Shown here: one piece after another, positions 11,112 through 20,837 of the stretch
Layout: each line of letters begins with the position of its first letter
How positions within the stretch are numbered: position 1 is the stretch's first letter
Origin: Bacillota bacterium
GTDB taxonomy: Bacteria > Bacillota > Dethiobacteria > DTU022 > UBA8154
Length of the DNA stretch: 64,000 bases
Assembly (NCBI GenBank): GCA_012518675.1
Contig: JAAYRR010000115.1
Coordinates: forward strand, 7,866 to 71,865
Direction: 5' to 3'
Translations under genes and position numbers: made by a program
Notes under the pieces: generated by a model
The model's input: the letters and a program-made list of their open reading frames with translations, nothing else
What the model was told of the DNA's origin: nothing
Databases searched by the model: none

Positions 11112-12248
11112 TTAATCCGGTTTGATGGGTAAAACCAAATAGCGGTAATTTTCCCAGCTGTCTTCCCTTTCTCGGCGGTGTTGAAAAATACACGGGCCTA
11201 AAGGGCCGTTAAACTGTACTTCAACAGACTCTTCTTTCCAAATACGCAATACGTCCAGAAAAAAGCGGGAATTAATTAAAATTTCATCCAGGTCATCCCC
11301 TTCCTTGCCTGTAAGTTCTATTTCTTCCTCCATTTTGCCAATTTCAGAATTCGATCGTACCTGCAGTGTTTCTCCCCTTACCCCCAGGGCGATCATACGG
11401 TTTTCCCCCTGGGCCAGCAAAGCCGCCCTGCTAACTGTTTTTTCCAGCAGTTCCGTCGGTAATACTATCTTTGTAACAAAACCCTGGGGAAAAGCTGTCA
11501 ATAAGTCCGGATATTTATCCTCCAGTAGTCTGCTGGAAAAAACATATTGTTTATGCACGAAAATAATTTCATCCTTTTGAAAATAACAAGCCACTGTTTC
11601 CTGTGCGTCACCCAGGATCCTGGCTATTTCTCCTAAGGATTTACCGGGAATTAAGAGGCGAAAAGGTTGAAAATTACTGTTCCCGCTGAAAGATTTTTCA
11701 AAACAGGCCAGCCGGTATGTATCTGAAGACAAACAAAGAAGTTGTCCCTGTGCATCGGCTTCCAATAGAATCCCCCGGAACGAAGGTTTATTTTCATCCT
11801 GGGAAACAGCAAAAAGCACCTGTCGCAGAATATCCATAATTTCCGGCGCAGCAAAGGTTAAATTAGTCCATTGTTGCCATTCCTGTTCAGCGGTTAAATT
11901 TGGAAACTGCTCGGCATCAGTACCGTACAGGGAAAAGCAAGCTGTACCGCTTTGTATAGAAACACGCAGCTCTTTGTCATCTAAATTAATTTCTATCTCC
12001 TCAGCAGGTACCTGCCTGACAATATCAAAAAATTTTGCCGGTAAGATCACACTGCCCTGCCGTGATATTTTTGCTGGGCAATACGTTTTTAAAGTCATAT
12101 CCAAACTGCTGGTGGTTAAAAGCAAATGATCGTCTGTAGTTTCAATTTTCACACCTTGTAAAAATGCCAGCGGTGTGCGGGTGGGGATTATTTTTTCCAA
12201 GGTATTTAGATTTTCCATCAATTTATTTTTATGGAGAAGAAGCTGCAT
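11112..12248 (-). CDS. dnaN: DNA polymerase III beta sliding clamp
   Basis: 378 aa; three-domain beta-clamp architecture, in the conserved dnaA-dnaN position. Confidence 0.93.
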   Translation of the reverse strand: MQLLLHKNKLMENLNTLEKIIPTRTPLAFLQGVKIETTDDHLLLTTSSLDMTLKTYCPAKISRQGSVILPAKFFDIVRQVPAEEIEINLDDKELRVSIQSGTACFSLYGTDAEQFPNLTAEQEWQQWTNLTFAAPEIMDILRQVLFAVSQDENKPSFRGILLEADAQGQLLCLSSDTYRLACFEKSFSGNSNFQPFRLLIPGKSLGEIARILGDAQETVACYFQKDEIIFVHKQYVFSSRLLEDKYPDLLTAFPQGFVTKIVLPTELLEKTVSRAALLAQGENRMIALGVRGETLQVRSNSEIGKMEEEIELTGKEGDDLDEILINSRFFLDVLRIWKEESVEVQFNGPLGPCIFQHRREREDSWENYRYLVLPIKPD

Positions 12249-12535
12249 TTTATTTTTTTCCTCCTATTTTTTTGATAATCCCCAAATGACTACTTTATGA
12301 TTAGCATTAACTAATATTTAATAATAAATAAGTAATAGTAGTCATAAGGTTTGTGAATATGTGTATAAGTGTTTTATATCCCGGTTTTATGGCAAATGTT
12401 AGTGTGGAAAACTTGTGGATAACTTAAAAAGGTTACCCACAAAACCCACAAGTCTTAAATTTCTACAAGCAAGTGGTGAAAGTTACCCACAGTTTTAATT
12501 TTTATTAACAACCTTTCAACAGGCCTGTCCACAAC
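12249..12535. other. oriC DnaA-box cluster (dnaA-dnaN spacer)
   Basis: A perfect TTATCCACA (reverse orientation, 12414-12422) plus at least four one-mismatch boxes (TTACCCACA x2, AAACCCACA, TGTCCACAA) within 130 nt. The spacer is AT-rich. Confidence 0.75.
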
Positions 12536-13906
12536 TCAGTAGCTTAAAAGATTTTTGATTTCATTAACGTGGCGCAAGAGGCTGTCGTCCTTTTTTATAT
12601 GCGCAGAAATCTTTCTATGGGCATGCATAACAGTGGTATGATCTTTGCCCCCGAAGTCATCCCCAATTTTGGGCAGGGATAAATCTGTAAGTTCGCGGCA
12701 GAGATACATGGCAATTTGACGCGGCAGGGAAATGTTTTGTGTTCTTCTGCGGGATTTAATATCCCGGGTTGTTATTTTAAAATAAGAAGCTGTTACCGAC
12801 ATAATATGTTCTGCATTCAGGTTTTTTTGCTTGGGGGTTAGAAAATCTTTAAGTGCTTCTTCAGCCAAGGGCAGATCGATTTTTTTATTTTCCAGGGAAG
12901 CATAGGCAATAATACGAATTAGAGCTCCTTCCAGCTCCCGGATGTTATTTTCTATTTTTTGCGCAATGAAGAGCAACACATCATCTGTAAACATTATTCC
13001 TTCCAAAGAACTTTTCTTGCGTAAAATGGCAATTCTTGTTTCCAGGTCCGGGGATTGGATGTCTGTAATCAAACCCCATTCGAAACGTGAACGCAGGCGA
13101 TCTTCGAGTGTTGGTATCTCTTTGGGCGGGCGATCACTGGAAATGACAATTTGTTTGCTGTTTTCATGGAGGGCATTGAAAGTGTGAAAAAATTCCTCCT
13201 GCGTCTGTTCTTTTTTTGCTAAGAATTGGATATCATCAATTAGGAGGACATCGACATTGCGGTAGATATTGCGAAATTCTTCGGTTTTGTTGTCCCGGAT
13301 GGCGTTAATAAATTGGTTGGTGAATTTTTCTGATGAAAGGTAGTTCACTTTTTCACTGATATTGTGAGAAACAACATAATGGCCGATAGCATGCATAAGA
13401 TGGGTCTTACCCAATCCTACACCACCGTAAATAAACAGGGGATTATAAGCCTTGGAGGGGGCTTCCGCGACGGCCAAAGAAGCAGCATGGGCCAAGCGGT
13501 TGCTGCCACCGATTACAAAACTACTGAATGTATACTTAGGGTTTAGCCACTTACAAGTTACGGAAAGAGCCTTTTTGTTAGTATTTTCCGACTTTGGGGG
13601 GAGATTAACAGCTTTTAGATTATGCAAAGACGTTCTTTTTTCCTGGAAGTCAATATTCTGGGGTGTTACAAAATGTATGTAGTAGGGAGAATCGCTAATT
13701 TTTTTTAAGGCAAAGGATAGTGATTCACGGTAATGGTTTTTTAACCAATTGCGGGTAAAATCATTTGGGACTTCCACAACAATGGTACTGTCCTGTATCG
13801 CAATAAGCTTTGTTGTTTTTAACCAGGTTTCAAAACTTGGTTTACTAAGTGTTTTTTTCATTTCAGAAAGAACCGCATGCCAGATGGCAGGCAGGGAATC
13901 TTCCAT
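12536..13906 (-). CDS. dnaA: Chromosomal replication initiator DnaA
   Basis: AAA+ Walker A ([10 protein letters not shown]) and the C-terminal DnaA-box-binding domain. Start taken at the internal ATG 13906 ([12 protein letters not shown]...), preceded by GGAGGG; the longer ORF-track start would overlap the oriC palindrome. Confidence 0.95.
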   Translation of the reverse strand: MEDSLPAIWHAVLSEMKKTLSKPSFETWLKTTKLIAIQDSTIVVEVPNDFTRNWLKNHYRESLSFALKKISDSPYYIHFVTPQNIDFQEKRTSLHNLKAVNLPPKSENTNKKALSVTCKWLNPKYTFSSFVIGGSNRLAHAASLAVAEAPSKAYNPLFIYGGVGLGKTHLMHAIGHYVVSHNISEKVNYLSSEKFTNQFINAIRDNKTEEFRNIYRNVDVLLIDDIQFLAKKEQTQEEFFHTFNALHENSKQIVISSDRPPKEIPTLEDRLRSRFEWGLITDIQSPDLETRIAILRKKSSLEGIMFTDDVLLFIAQKIENNIRELEGALIRIIAYASLENKKIDLPLAEEALKDFLTPKQKNLNAEHIMSVTASYFKITTRDIKSRRRTQNISLPRQIAMYLCRELTDLSLPKIGDDFGGKDHTTVMHAHRKISAHIKKDDSLLRHVNEIKNLLSY

Positions 13907-14140
13907 ATAAAACCCTCCATAAATAAAGTTATTCACAAATATCTCATAGTTATCCACAAAAGTTGTGGATAACTATGAGATATGCTGCTTGTTGGTGGTT
14001 CATCAATATAATAACAGATGAAACATCTTGCTGCAATGAAAACGCCTGTGCATAACTACCTGTTTTTATCGTGTATTTCTATTTTGTTCTAAAATGATAT
14101 TAATTTATTTGTAAATTTTTTAAGGGCCGCTGGCGGGTCA
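13907..14140. other. oriC upstream of dnaA: DnaA boxes including a 19-nt perfect inverted repeat, plus an AT-rich unwinding element
   Basis: ATCTCATAGTTATCCACAA-aag-TTGTGGATAACTATGAGAT (13941-13981) contains two perfect DnaA boxes in inverted orientation. An additional TTATTCACA lies at 13929. 14041-14130 is strongly AT-rich (DUE-like). Confidence 0.75.
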
Positions 14141-14160
14141 AAAAGAGGGCCGCACTGTAG

Positions 14161-14189
14161 TTGCATGTGGGGATAAGATACGTTATAAT
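14161..14189 (+). promoter_or_regulatory. Sigma-A-type promoter for rpmH-rnpA
   Basis: TTGCAT (14161-14166), then 17 nt, then TATAAT (14184-14189). Confidence 0.5.
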
Positions 14190-14249
14190 GAATTTCAGTG
14201 TTTTACGGGTTAAAATTAACAAATTTGCCTAAAGGAAGGGTTTCAGGAG

Positions 14250-14384
14250 ATGAAAAGAACATACCAACCAAAAGTAAGAAAACGCAAGCGAAGTCATGGT
14301 TTTTTGAAAAGAATGTCCACCCCGGGAGGACGGCGAATTATTAAAAGGAGAAGAAGAAAAGCAAAAAGAAATTTGTCTGCTTAA
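14250..14384 (+). CDS. rpmH: 50S ribosomal protein L34
   Basis: Translates to [44 protein letters not shown] (44 aa), preceded by AGGAG. Below the ORF-track size cutoff. Confidence 0.95.
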   Translation: MKRTYQPKVRKRKRSHGFLKRMSTPGGRRIIKRRRRKAKRNLSA

Positions 14385-14385
14385 G

Positions 14386-14775
14386 GTGATGAAAAAAGCA
14401 AAGACTGTGCAACAGCATGTCTGGCCTGAAATCGGGGCTAAAAAGATGGAAAGATTGCGTAAGAATTATCAATTTCAAAAGGTTTACCGTCAAGGCCGTT
14501 CTTTATCCACAGCTAAAACTGTTTTATATTACCGAAAAAACAGGGAGAAATATAACCGGTTGGGAATAGTTGTTAGTAAGAAGGTGGGTAAAAGTGTGGT
14601 CAGACATCGTTTAAAAAGGCTTTACAGGGAAGCAATGCGCTCTTTACAAGGCCGCATCAAGCGAACAGGATATGATTTGGTTATTATAGCCAGAAAGGGT
14701 GCCGGCAACCTTACGTATCAGGATGCGGTGCGCGACCTGCAGCGGCTGATGTTAAGAGGAAAGTTAAGCAGTTAA
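14386..14775 (+). CDS. rnpA: Ribonuclease P protein component
   Basis: Basic protein with the RnpA core ([20 protein letters not shown]...); start could also be the ATG at 14446. Confidence 0.9.
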   Translation: MMKKAKTVQQHVWPEIGAKKMERLRKNYQFQKVYRQGRSLSTAKTVLYYRKNREKYNRLGIVVSKKVGKSVVRHRLKRLYREAMRSLQGRIKRTGYDLVIIARKGAGNLTYQDAVRDLQRLMLRGKLSS

Positions 14776-14906
14776 ATTTTCCGGGGGCTGCAAAACAACA
14801 GGCAAACCCTAGTTTATGCAAAAATTGTGCGGCGTCTGTCAAGGATTGTCAGGATAAGGTACGCAGGAAGAGACTTTTTTCATGTGAATTTGGGGGCACC
14901 TGGAAT

Positions 14907-15122
14907 ATGAAAAAAATATTATTGTTGGTAATTGGATTTTATATTAAAGTTGTTTCCCCGTTGTTGCCTCCGCGGTGCCGCTTTTATCCTTCATGTTCCC
15001 GGTACAGTTATGAAGCTGTTAATAAATTTGGCATCAAAAAGGGAATTATTTTAAGTTTTAAAAGAATTATACGTTGTCATCCTTTTCATCCAGGCGGATA
15101 TGATCCTTTGCCTGGGGATTGA
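14907..15122 (+). CDS. yidD: Membrane protein insertion efficiency factor YidD
   Basis: 71 aa; [14 protein letters not shown]...HPGGYDP motif. Confidence 0.9.
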   Translation: MKKILLLVIGFYIKVVSPLLPPRCRFYPSCSRYSYEAVNKFGIKKGIILSFKRIIRCHPFHPGGYDPLPGD

Positions 15123-15158
15123 GCGGGCAGGAAGGCAGTATAATAAGGGGGAGTCGCG

Positions 15159-15995
15159 ATGATTCAAGCCCTGAGCGGGTATATTAATATAATTTTAAGC
15201 TATTTTTATAATTTAGCCAATAATAATTACGGCCTGGCGATTATTATGCTTACTATCTTGGTTAATATTATAACTTTTCCCTTAACCAAAAAACAAATGG
15301 AATCGTCCAAAAAAATGCAAGATATTCAGCCTGAATTAAAAAGGTTACAGGACAAGTATAAAAACGACAAAGAAACCTATAACAAAGTGACTATGGAATT
15401 TATGCAGAAAAACAAGGTTAACCCCCTAGGGGGCTGCCTTCCTCTTTTGATACAATTTCCCATTATGATTGCGGTATTTACACTTTTAAGGGAACCCGCT
15501 CAAATTATTGAAGCCGTAGAAGCCATGGGTAAAACATTTAACCCTAATTTTCTCTGGCTGGATTTAACAAAACAGGATCCCTATTATATTTTGCCGGTCC
15601 TGGCAGCAGCGGCGACCTTTTTTCATCAGCGAATGGTTATTACAGATCCTCAACAAAAGATGATGCTCTATATTTTTCCGGTGATGATCGCCGGTATTAG
15701 CATCAGGTTTCCGGCCGGGCTGGTGCTCTACTGGTTTACAAATTCATTATTTTCTGCTGGAAACCAACTTTTCATTTTTAGCAAGGGTAAAAAAAATAAA
15801 AATGAAGGTTTAACAAGTATTCAGGAGAAAACGTCTACCGGGGAACAGCAAACCGGTAAAGAAAAAAATTCACAAACAGGTAAGTCCGGGAAAGAGAAGA
15901 AAACAGGAAATTTAGTGGGAGAAAAAACGAAAGCCCCCAAGGTAAAGCGGAAAACTGCCAAAAGAAAGAAGAAAGGGGCGAAAAGGAAAAGATGA
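15159..15995 (+). CDS. yidC: Membrane protein insertase YidC/SpoIIIJ with a long lysine-rich C-terminal tail
   Basis: YidC/Oxa1 core (FPLTKKQMESSKKMQDIQPEL...GGCLPLLIQFPI). The last ~70 aa are highly basic (KRKTAKRKKKGAKRKR). Confidence 0.92.
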   Translation: MIQALSGYINIILSYFYNLANNNYGLAIIMLTILVNIITFPLTKKQMESSKKMQDIQPELKRLQDKYKNDKETYNKVTMEFMQKNKVNPLGGCLPLLIQFPIMIAVFTLLREPAQIIEAVEAMGKTFNPNFLWLDLTKQDPYYILPVLAAAATFFHQRMVITDPQQKMMLYIFPVMIAGISIRFPAGLVLYWFTNSLFSAGNQLFIFSKGKKNKNEGLTSIQEKTSTGEQQTGKEKNSQTGKSGKEKKTGNLVGEKTKAPKVKRKTAKRKKKGAKRKR

Positions 15996-16615
15996 CCTCC
16001 ATTGAGGTTAGCGCCAAAACAGTTGAAGAAGCTCTAGAAAAAGGGTTAAAACAGTTGGGTGTAAAAAAAGAAAATGTGCAAACTGAAATCTTAAGTGAAC
16101 CGGCCCAGGGGCTTTTTAAATTTTTGGGGTCAAAAACTGCAAAGTTAAGATTAACAGTAATTAAGGATACAGAAGAATATATTAAAGATTTTTTGGAAAA
16201 AATCGTGAATATTATCGGGGTTAACGGCCATATTAATGTTGTACCCAATGATGAGGGAAATCTGCATGTGGAAATTAAGGGTGAAGATTTAGGTGTCCTT
16301 ATTGGTAAGCGGGGAAATACATTAAATGCGCTACAATATCTTGCTAATGTTGTTCTGTACAGGCAATTTACTGCACCCAACTGCCGGGTGCTGGTAGATA
16401 TAGAAAATTATCGTTCCAAGCGTAAGAAAACATTGGAAAACCTGGCCAGAAATCTTGCACAAAAAGTTTTGCGGACAAAAAAAGAGCTTGCTTTAGAACC
16501 CATGAACCCGCAGGAAAGGCGCATTATTCATCTTACTTTAAAAAATTACCGGGATGTGGTGACCTCCAGTCAAGGGGAAGAACCTTATCGTAAAATAATA
16601 ATTTCACCACGTTGA
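15992..16615 (+). CDS. jag: Jag/KhpB-like KH+R3H RNA-binding protein
   Basis: 207 aa, overlaps the yidC stop by 4 nt; R3H region (ERRIIHLTLK) present. Confidence 0.88.
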   Translation: MTSIEVSAKTVEEALEKGLKQLGVKKENVQTEILSEPAQGLFKFLGSKTAKLRLTVIKDTEEYIKDFLEKIVNIIGVNGHINVVPNDEGNLHVEIKGEDLGVLIGKRGNTLNALQYLANVVLYRQFTAPNCRVLVDIENYRSKRKKTLENLARNLAQKVLRTKKELALEPMNPQERRIIHLTLKNYRDVVTSSQGEEPYRKIIISPR

Positions 16616-16714
16616 AATATTGCCGGGGAAATGATAGATTTTTGTCTAAAGATACAGGGAGTTCTTGGGAACTTCCTTATTTTTTATCAGGACTTTTCAA
16701 GGGGGGGTCTGCCT

Positions 16715-18136
16715 GTGGATAATGCCGCTGATACTATCGTGGCTGTTTCAACACCACCCGGTGAGGGCGGTATTGGCATTGTGCGCCTTAGCGGCAGTGA
16801 AGCTTTGAAAATTGGTTTAAAAATTTTTTCCCGCAAGCATAAACACGGGCAATCTGTTCCCTTGCGGCGCTCTTTTAAACCTGCGGCCCGCAAACTTTAT
16901 TATGGGCATATTGTAGACGATCAGGGTATTGAGCTTGATGAAGTGTTATTTAGCTTTATGCCGGGTCCCCGCTCCTATACCTGTGAGGATGTTGTTGAAA
17001 TTAATGCCCATGGCGGTGCTGTCCCTTTAAAAAATATATTGGAACTGGCCTTAAAAAAGGGGGCCCGTCTGGCTGCACCGGGTGAATTTACAAAGCGGGC
17101 CTTTTTAAACGGACGCCTGGACTTAATACAGGCGGAGAGTGTTTTAGCCCTGATCAGGGCTAAAACAGACAAGGCCCTCAAGGCGGCAATACGGAGTTTG
17201 GAAGGGGCTCTTTCGGGTGAAATTGCAAAAATACGGGCCGGGATTGCCGCCCTTTTAGCACAAATTGAAGTAGAAATAGATTTTGCACACGAGGATGCCG
17301 ATTTAGCGCCGGCAGGGGATAACCATATTGGTGAAAGCATAGAACGGCTTCTAAAAAAAATGAAAAGGTTGCTGCAAAAGAGATTTCAGGGCAGGGTTTT
17401 ACAGGAGGGGCTAAAAACAGTTATTATGGGCAGGCCCAACGTTGGCAAGTCATCCCTTTATAATTATTTAGTCCGGGAGGAACGTGCTATTGTTACAGAG
17501 ATTCCCGGCACAACAAGGGATCTTTTAAGGGAATACATTAACGTCAAAGGAATTCCCTTGCAGTTGGTTGATACTGCCGGTTTGCGCCGGGCAGGGGATG
17601 TGGTAGAAAAAATAGGCATGGATTTTTCCTGGAAAGCCATTCAAGAAGCTGATCTATTATTGTTTATGTTGGATGCTGCGCAGGAGATAACCCCAGAGGA
17701 CTATTACATTTATGAACGTATACCCCGGAATAGCGGACCGGCGGTTCTCTTTATACTGAACAAAATTGATCTGTCCAGAAAACTGTCTCCCCAAGAGGTT
17801 AAAGAAAAATTTTCTGTAAAAAACGTTTTGGAAATTTCTTTGCTACAGGGTGACGGGCTTGAAAAACTGGAGGCAGCAATCAGTAATATGGTTTTTTCCG
17901 GTGAAGCAGCTGCAGAAGAAAGTGTGCTGCTTTTAGAGGCCCGGCAGGGGGAGTTGATGCAGCAGGCCCTTATTTGTATGACAGAGGCGTGGGAAGCCTT
18001 GGCAAAGAAATTGCCCTTGGATCTGATTAGCATTGACTTACGTCAGGCGCAGCAGTTTTTAGGTGAGCTGGTCGGGGAGGAAATTGGTACAGAGGTGTTA
18101 GATCTTGTTTTTCAAAAGTTTTGCATTGGCAAGTGA
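16715..18136 (+). CDS. mnmE: tRNA modification GTPase MnmE
   Basis: GTG start after GGGGGG; DTIVAVSTPPGEGGIGIVRLSG N-terminus, G-domain GRPNVGKSSL, C-terminal CIGK. Confidence 0.93.
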   Translation: MDNAADTIVAVSTPPGEGGIGIVRLSGSEALKIGLKIFSRKHKHGQSVPLRRSFKPAARKLYYGHIVDDQGIELDEVLFSFMPGPRSYTCEDVVEINAHGGAVPLKNILELALKKGARLAAPGEFTKRAFLNGRLDLIQAESVLALIRAKTDKALKAAIRSLEGALSGEIAKIRAGIAALLAQIEVEIDFAHEDADLAPAGDNHIGESIERLLKKMKRLLQKRFQGRVLQEGLKTVIMGRPNVGKSSLYNYLVREERAIVTEIPGTTRDLLREYINVKGIPLQLVDTAGLRRAGDVVEKIGMDFSWKAIQEADLLLFMLDAAQEITPEDYYIYERIPRNSGPAVLFILNKIDLSRKLSPQEVKEKFSVKNVLEISLLQGDGLEKLEAAISNMVFSGEAAAEESVLLLEARQGELMQQALICMTEAWEALAKKLPLDLISIDLRQAQQFLGELVGEEIGTEVLDLVFQKFCIGK

Positions 18137-18156
18137 TGTAAAGGCGGCTTGAAAAA

Positions 18157-18879
18157 ATGGAGATAGAACAGATAATGTCATATTTTTCGTCCTGCGGCCT
18201 ACCCTTGAACACAGAAAAGGCGCTTCAATTTAGACAATACCAGGCCTTAATCCGGCAGGAAAATAGAAAACTAAATTTAACACGTATTTTGCAACCCCAG
18301 GCCATTTTGGAGGAACATTTCTATGATGCTCTTGCCTGGTTGCCGGCCGGCAGGTTACAGCCGGCGGCAAGGCTTTTGGACTTGGGCACCGGCGCTGGTT
18401 TTCCTGGTATTCCGTTAAAAATTGTTTTACCGTCTTTAAAAATGTACCTTCTAGAAGCTACTCGGAAAAAAATTATTTTTTTAAAGAAGGTAATAAAGGA
18501 ATTAAACCTAAGAGAGGTCACTTTGTTTCAACAGAGGGCTGAAGTTTTGGCCAGGGGAGAATTGCGGGAAAGTTTTGCCTGGGTTACGGCACGGGCTTTA
18601 GCCCCCCTGGCTGCAGCCCTGGAATTAGCTTTACCTCTTGTCCGGGTTGGGGGTTTTTTTTGGGCCTGGAAGGGTCCCGCTGTCTTCCAGGAACTGGCAC
18701 AGGCGGAGCATATACTGGCCCGCTGTGGCGGAAAACTCATTGATCAGTTTAATTATAGGTTGCCGCAGGGTAATAAAGAAAGAACTATTTTAATTTTTAA
18801 AAAGGTAGCCCCGGCAGAAGATTATTTTCCACGCAGGGACGGCATCCCCCAAAAAAGGCCTTTGTTTAATAAAAATTAA
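18157..18879 (+). CDS. rsmG: 16S rRNA (guanine527-N7)-methyltransferase RsmG
   Basis: 240 aa; SAM-binding LDLGTGAGFPGIPL. Lies directly after mnmE with no mnmG in between. Confidence 0.9.
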   Translation: MEIEQIMSYFSSCGLPLNTEKALQFRQYQALIRQENRKLNLTRILQPQAILEEHFYDALAWLPAGRLQPAARLLDLGTGAGFPGIPLKIVLPSLKMYLLEATRKKIIFLKKVIKELNLREVTLFQQRAEVLARGELRESFAWVTARALAPLAAALELALPLVRVGGFFWAWKGPAVFQELAQAEHILARCGGKLIDQFNYRLPQGNKERTILIFKKVAPAEDYFPRRDGIPQKRPLFNKN

Positions 18880-19021
18880 TAAAAAGAAGGAAAAAAAATC
18901 CTCATGTCGAATTATTACAGCAAATACAAAATTTAACACAAGTGCGCCAAGAATTGTGCATAAAACAAAAAAGCCGGCAAAAACATCTAAAGAAAATAAA
19001 TGTAAACCGGGGGTGTCCTCT

Positions 19022-19861
19022 ATGTGGGATTTAAAAGGAAAAAAATTAGGTTTAGAACAGGGAGAGAAAGTTACCGAGGATATTCGAAATGTCAGCATGG
19101 AGCGCGTACAAAACAATCCCTATCAGCCGCGGGTAATCTTCGAAGAGGAAAAAATAAAAGAGTTGGCCCAATCCATAAAAACCTATGGTTTACTGCAGCC
19201 AATTATTTTAACCCCGGAAAAAGACGGTTATTATATTGTAGCTGGTGAACGACGCTTTTTAGCATGTGAAATGCTGGGTTGGTCGGAAATACCTGCTATT
19301 ATCAGGGATTATCAGGGTAGTTCACTGGCTGCGGTAGCATTGATAGAAAACCTGCAGAGAGAAAACCTTAACTTTATGGAGGAAGCACACGGATATAAAC
19401 GCCTCATGGAAGAATTTAATTTAACGCAGGAGGTATTGGCCCAGAGGCTTGGCAAAAGCCAGTCTACCATTGCCAATAAACTTAGGTTATTAAAATTACC
19501 CCTGGAAGTTAAAGATATTTTACGCAAAGGCAACCTTACAGAGCGGCATGCCAGGGCTCTACTTAAACTAGAAACAGCAGAAAAACAACTTGAAGTTGTA
19601 GAAATCATCTTAGAATTGGATTTGAATGTTAAAGAAGCAGAGGAATTAATACAAAAAATCTGCCAGGACGGTGTGAAATCTCCAAAAAACACTGCGACAC
19701 AACGTAAAGTTATCATTAAGGACTTAAGAATATTTTTAAATACGATCAGACAAGCCTTAGGTATTATTCGCAAAGCTGGTATTAAGCCTTCGGTAGAGGA
19801 AATAGAACAGGAAAAATTTTGGGAAATTCGTATTCGCCTACCCAAAGATCAACAAAATTAA
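19022..19861 (+). CDS. noc: ParB-family nucleoid occlusion protein
   Basis: ParB N-terminal box (LLQPIILTPEKDGYYIVAGERRFLA) and HTH; first ParB paralogue after rsmG, as for noc in Firmicutes. Confidence 0.8.
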   Translation: MWDLKGKKLGLEQGEKVTEDIRNVSMERVQNNPYQPRVIFEEEKIKELAQSIKTYGLLQPIILTPEKDGYYIVAGERRFLACEMLGWSEIPAIIRDYQGSSLAAVALIENLQRENLNFMEEAHGYKRLMEEFNLTQEVLAQRLGKSQSTIANKLRLLKLPLEVKDILRKGNLTERHARALLKLETAEKQLEVVEIILELDLNVKEAEELIQKICQDGVKSPKNTATQRKVIIKDLRIFLNTIRQALGIIRKAGIKPSVEEIEQEKFWEIRIRLPKDQQN

Positions 19862-19909
19862 GTTTACAGGACTAAATTAAGCGTACAATAATAAATATAT
19901 TATTTTATG

Positions 19910-19940
19910 GGCTGCAGGGTTTTAACAGCCCGTTTTTTAT
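19910..19940 (+). terminator. Intrinsic terminator after noc
   Basis: GGGCTG-cagggttttaa-CAGCCC followed by TTTTTT. Confidence 0.7.
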
Positions 19941-20063
19941 TGTCCGGCATGGTTTTGGAAATAGTTGCACAAAGTGGTGCCCGGCCCAAGCCCTGCCCGG
20001 GAAGGAACTATTTTCATCTTTAACGAATAAGTAGATTATCTTCCTAAAATACACGGTCGGGGA

Positions 20064-20837
20064 ATGTGGGGTGAAAAAGTGGAAGGAATTATAGCAGTTG
20101 TTAATCAAAAAGGCGGGGTGGGCAAGACAACAACAGCTGTGAATTTAAGTGCCTGCTTAGCTGCATTGGGTAGCAAAGTTTTATTGATGGATCTGGATCC
20201 TCAGGGTAACGCAACCAGTGGCGTCGGCCTTGACAAAGAAAAGGTAAAAATTTGTGTGTATGATGCCCTGATTAACGAATTTCCTGTAGAAAAAGTTGTT
20301 TATAATACTAAACAAAAAAACTTGGACTGTATACCGGCTACCATTCAACTTGCCGGGGCTGAGATAGAATTGGTGCCGACTATCTCACGTGAAGTACGGT
20401 TGCGCCGCATGGTTAAACCCTTATTGGACAGGTATAAACATATTATTATCGATTGTCCGCCTTCCTTGGGTTTGCTAACTTTAAATGCCCTCACTGCTGC
20501 AGATATGGTGCTTGTGCCGATTCAATGTGAATATTATGCTTTGGAAGGATTGGGACAACTGGTTAAAACGATCGACTTGGTAAAACAACACTTAAACAGC
20601 GCTTTAAAAATAGGCGGTGTGCTATTAACAATGTATGATCAGCGAACCAACCTTTCAGCACAGGTAGCTGCTGAAGTGCGAAAATATTTTGGGCAGCTTG
20701 TTTTTAACGCAGTTATTCCCAGAAATGTTCGGCTTAGCGAGGCTCCCAGCCACGGCAAGCCTGTCATTGAATACGATCCGCGCAGTAAAGGGGCAGAGAT
20801 GTATAAAAAAATGGCAAAGGAGGTTATGCAACGGTGA
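20064..20837 (+). CDS. soj: Chromosome partitioning ATPase ParA/Soj
   Basis: Deviant Walker A NQKGGVGKTTTAVNL. Confidence 0.93.
   Translation: MWGEKVEGIIAVVNQKGGVGKTTTAVNLSACLAALGSKVLLMDLDPQGNATSGVGLDKEKVKICVYDALINEFPVEKVVYNTKQKNLDCIPATIQLAGAEIELVPTISREVRLRRMVKPLLDRYKHIIIDCPPSLGLLTLNALTAADMVLVPIQCEYYALEGLGQLVKTIDLVKQHLNSALKIGGVLLTMYDQRTNLSAQVAAEVRKYFGQLVFNAVIPRNVRLSEAPSHGKPVIEYDPRSKGAEMYKKMAKEVMQR

Noticed and set aside
12536-13957. Longer N-terminal extensions of dnaA (to 13957), mnmE (16631), adk (22723), walK (34733), sppA (51585), noc (18956), speE (47757), rho (56510)
   Set aside because: For each, an internal start aligns with the conserved family N-terminus and has a better Shine-Dalgarno. 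The dnaA extension would also run through the oriC palindrome.
15835-16380. 181-aa minus-strand ORF antisense to yidC/jag
   Set aside because: Overlaps two conserved, well-supported plus-strand genes; low complexity.
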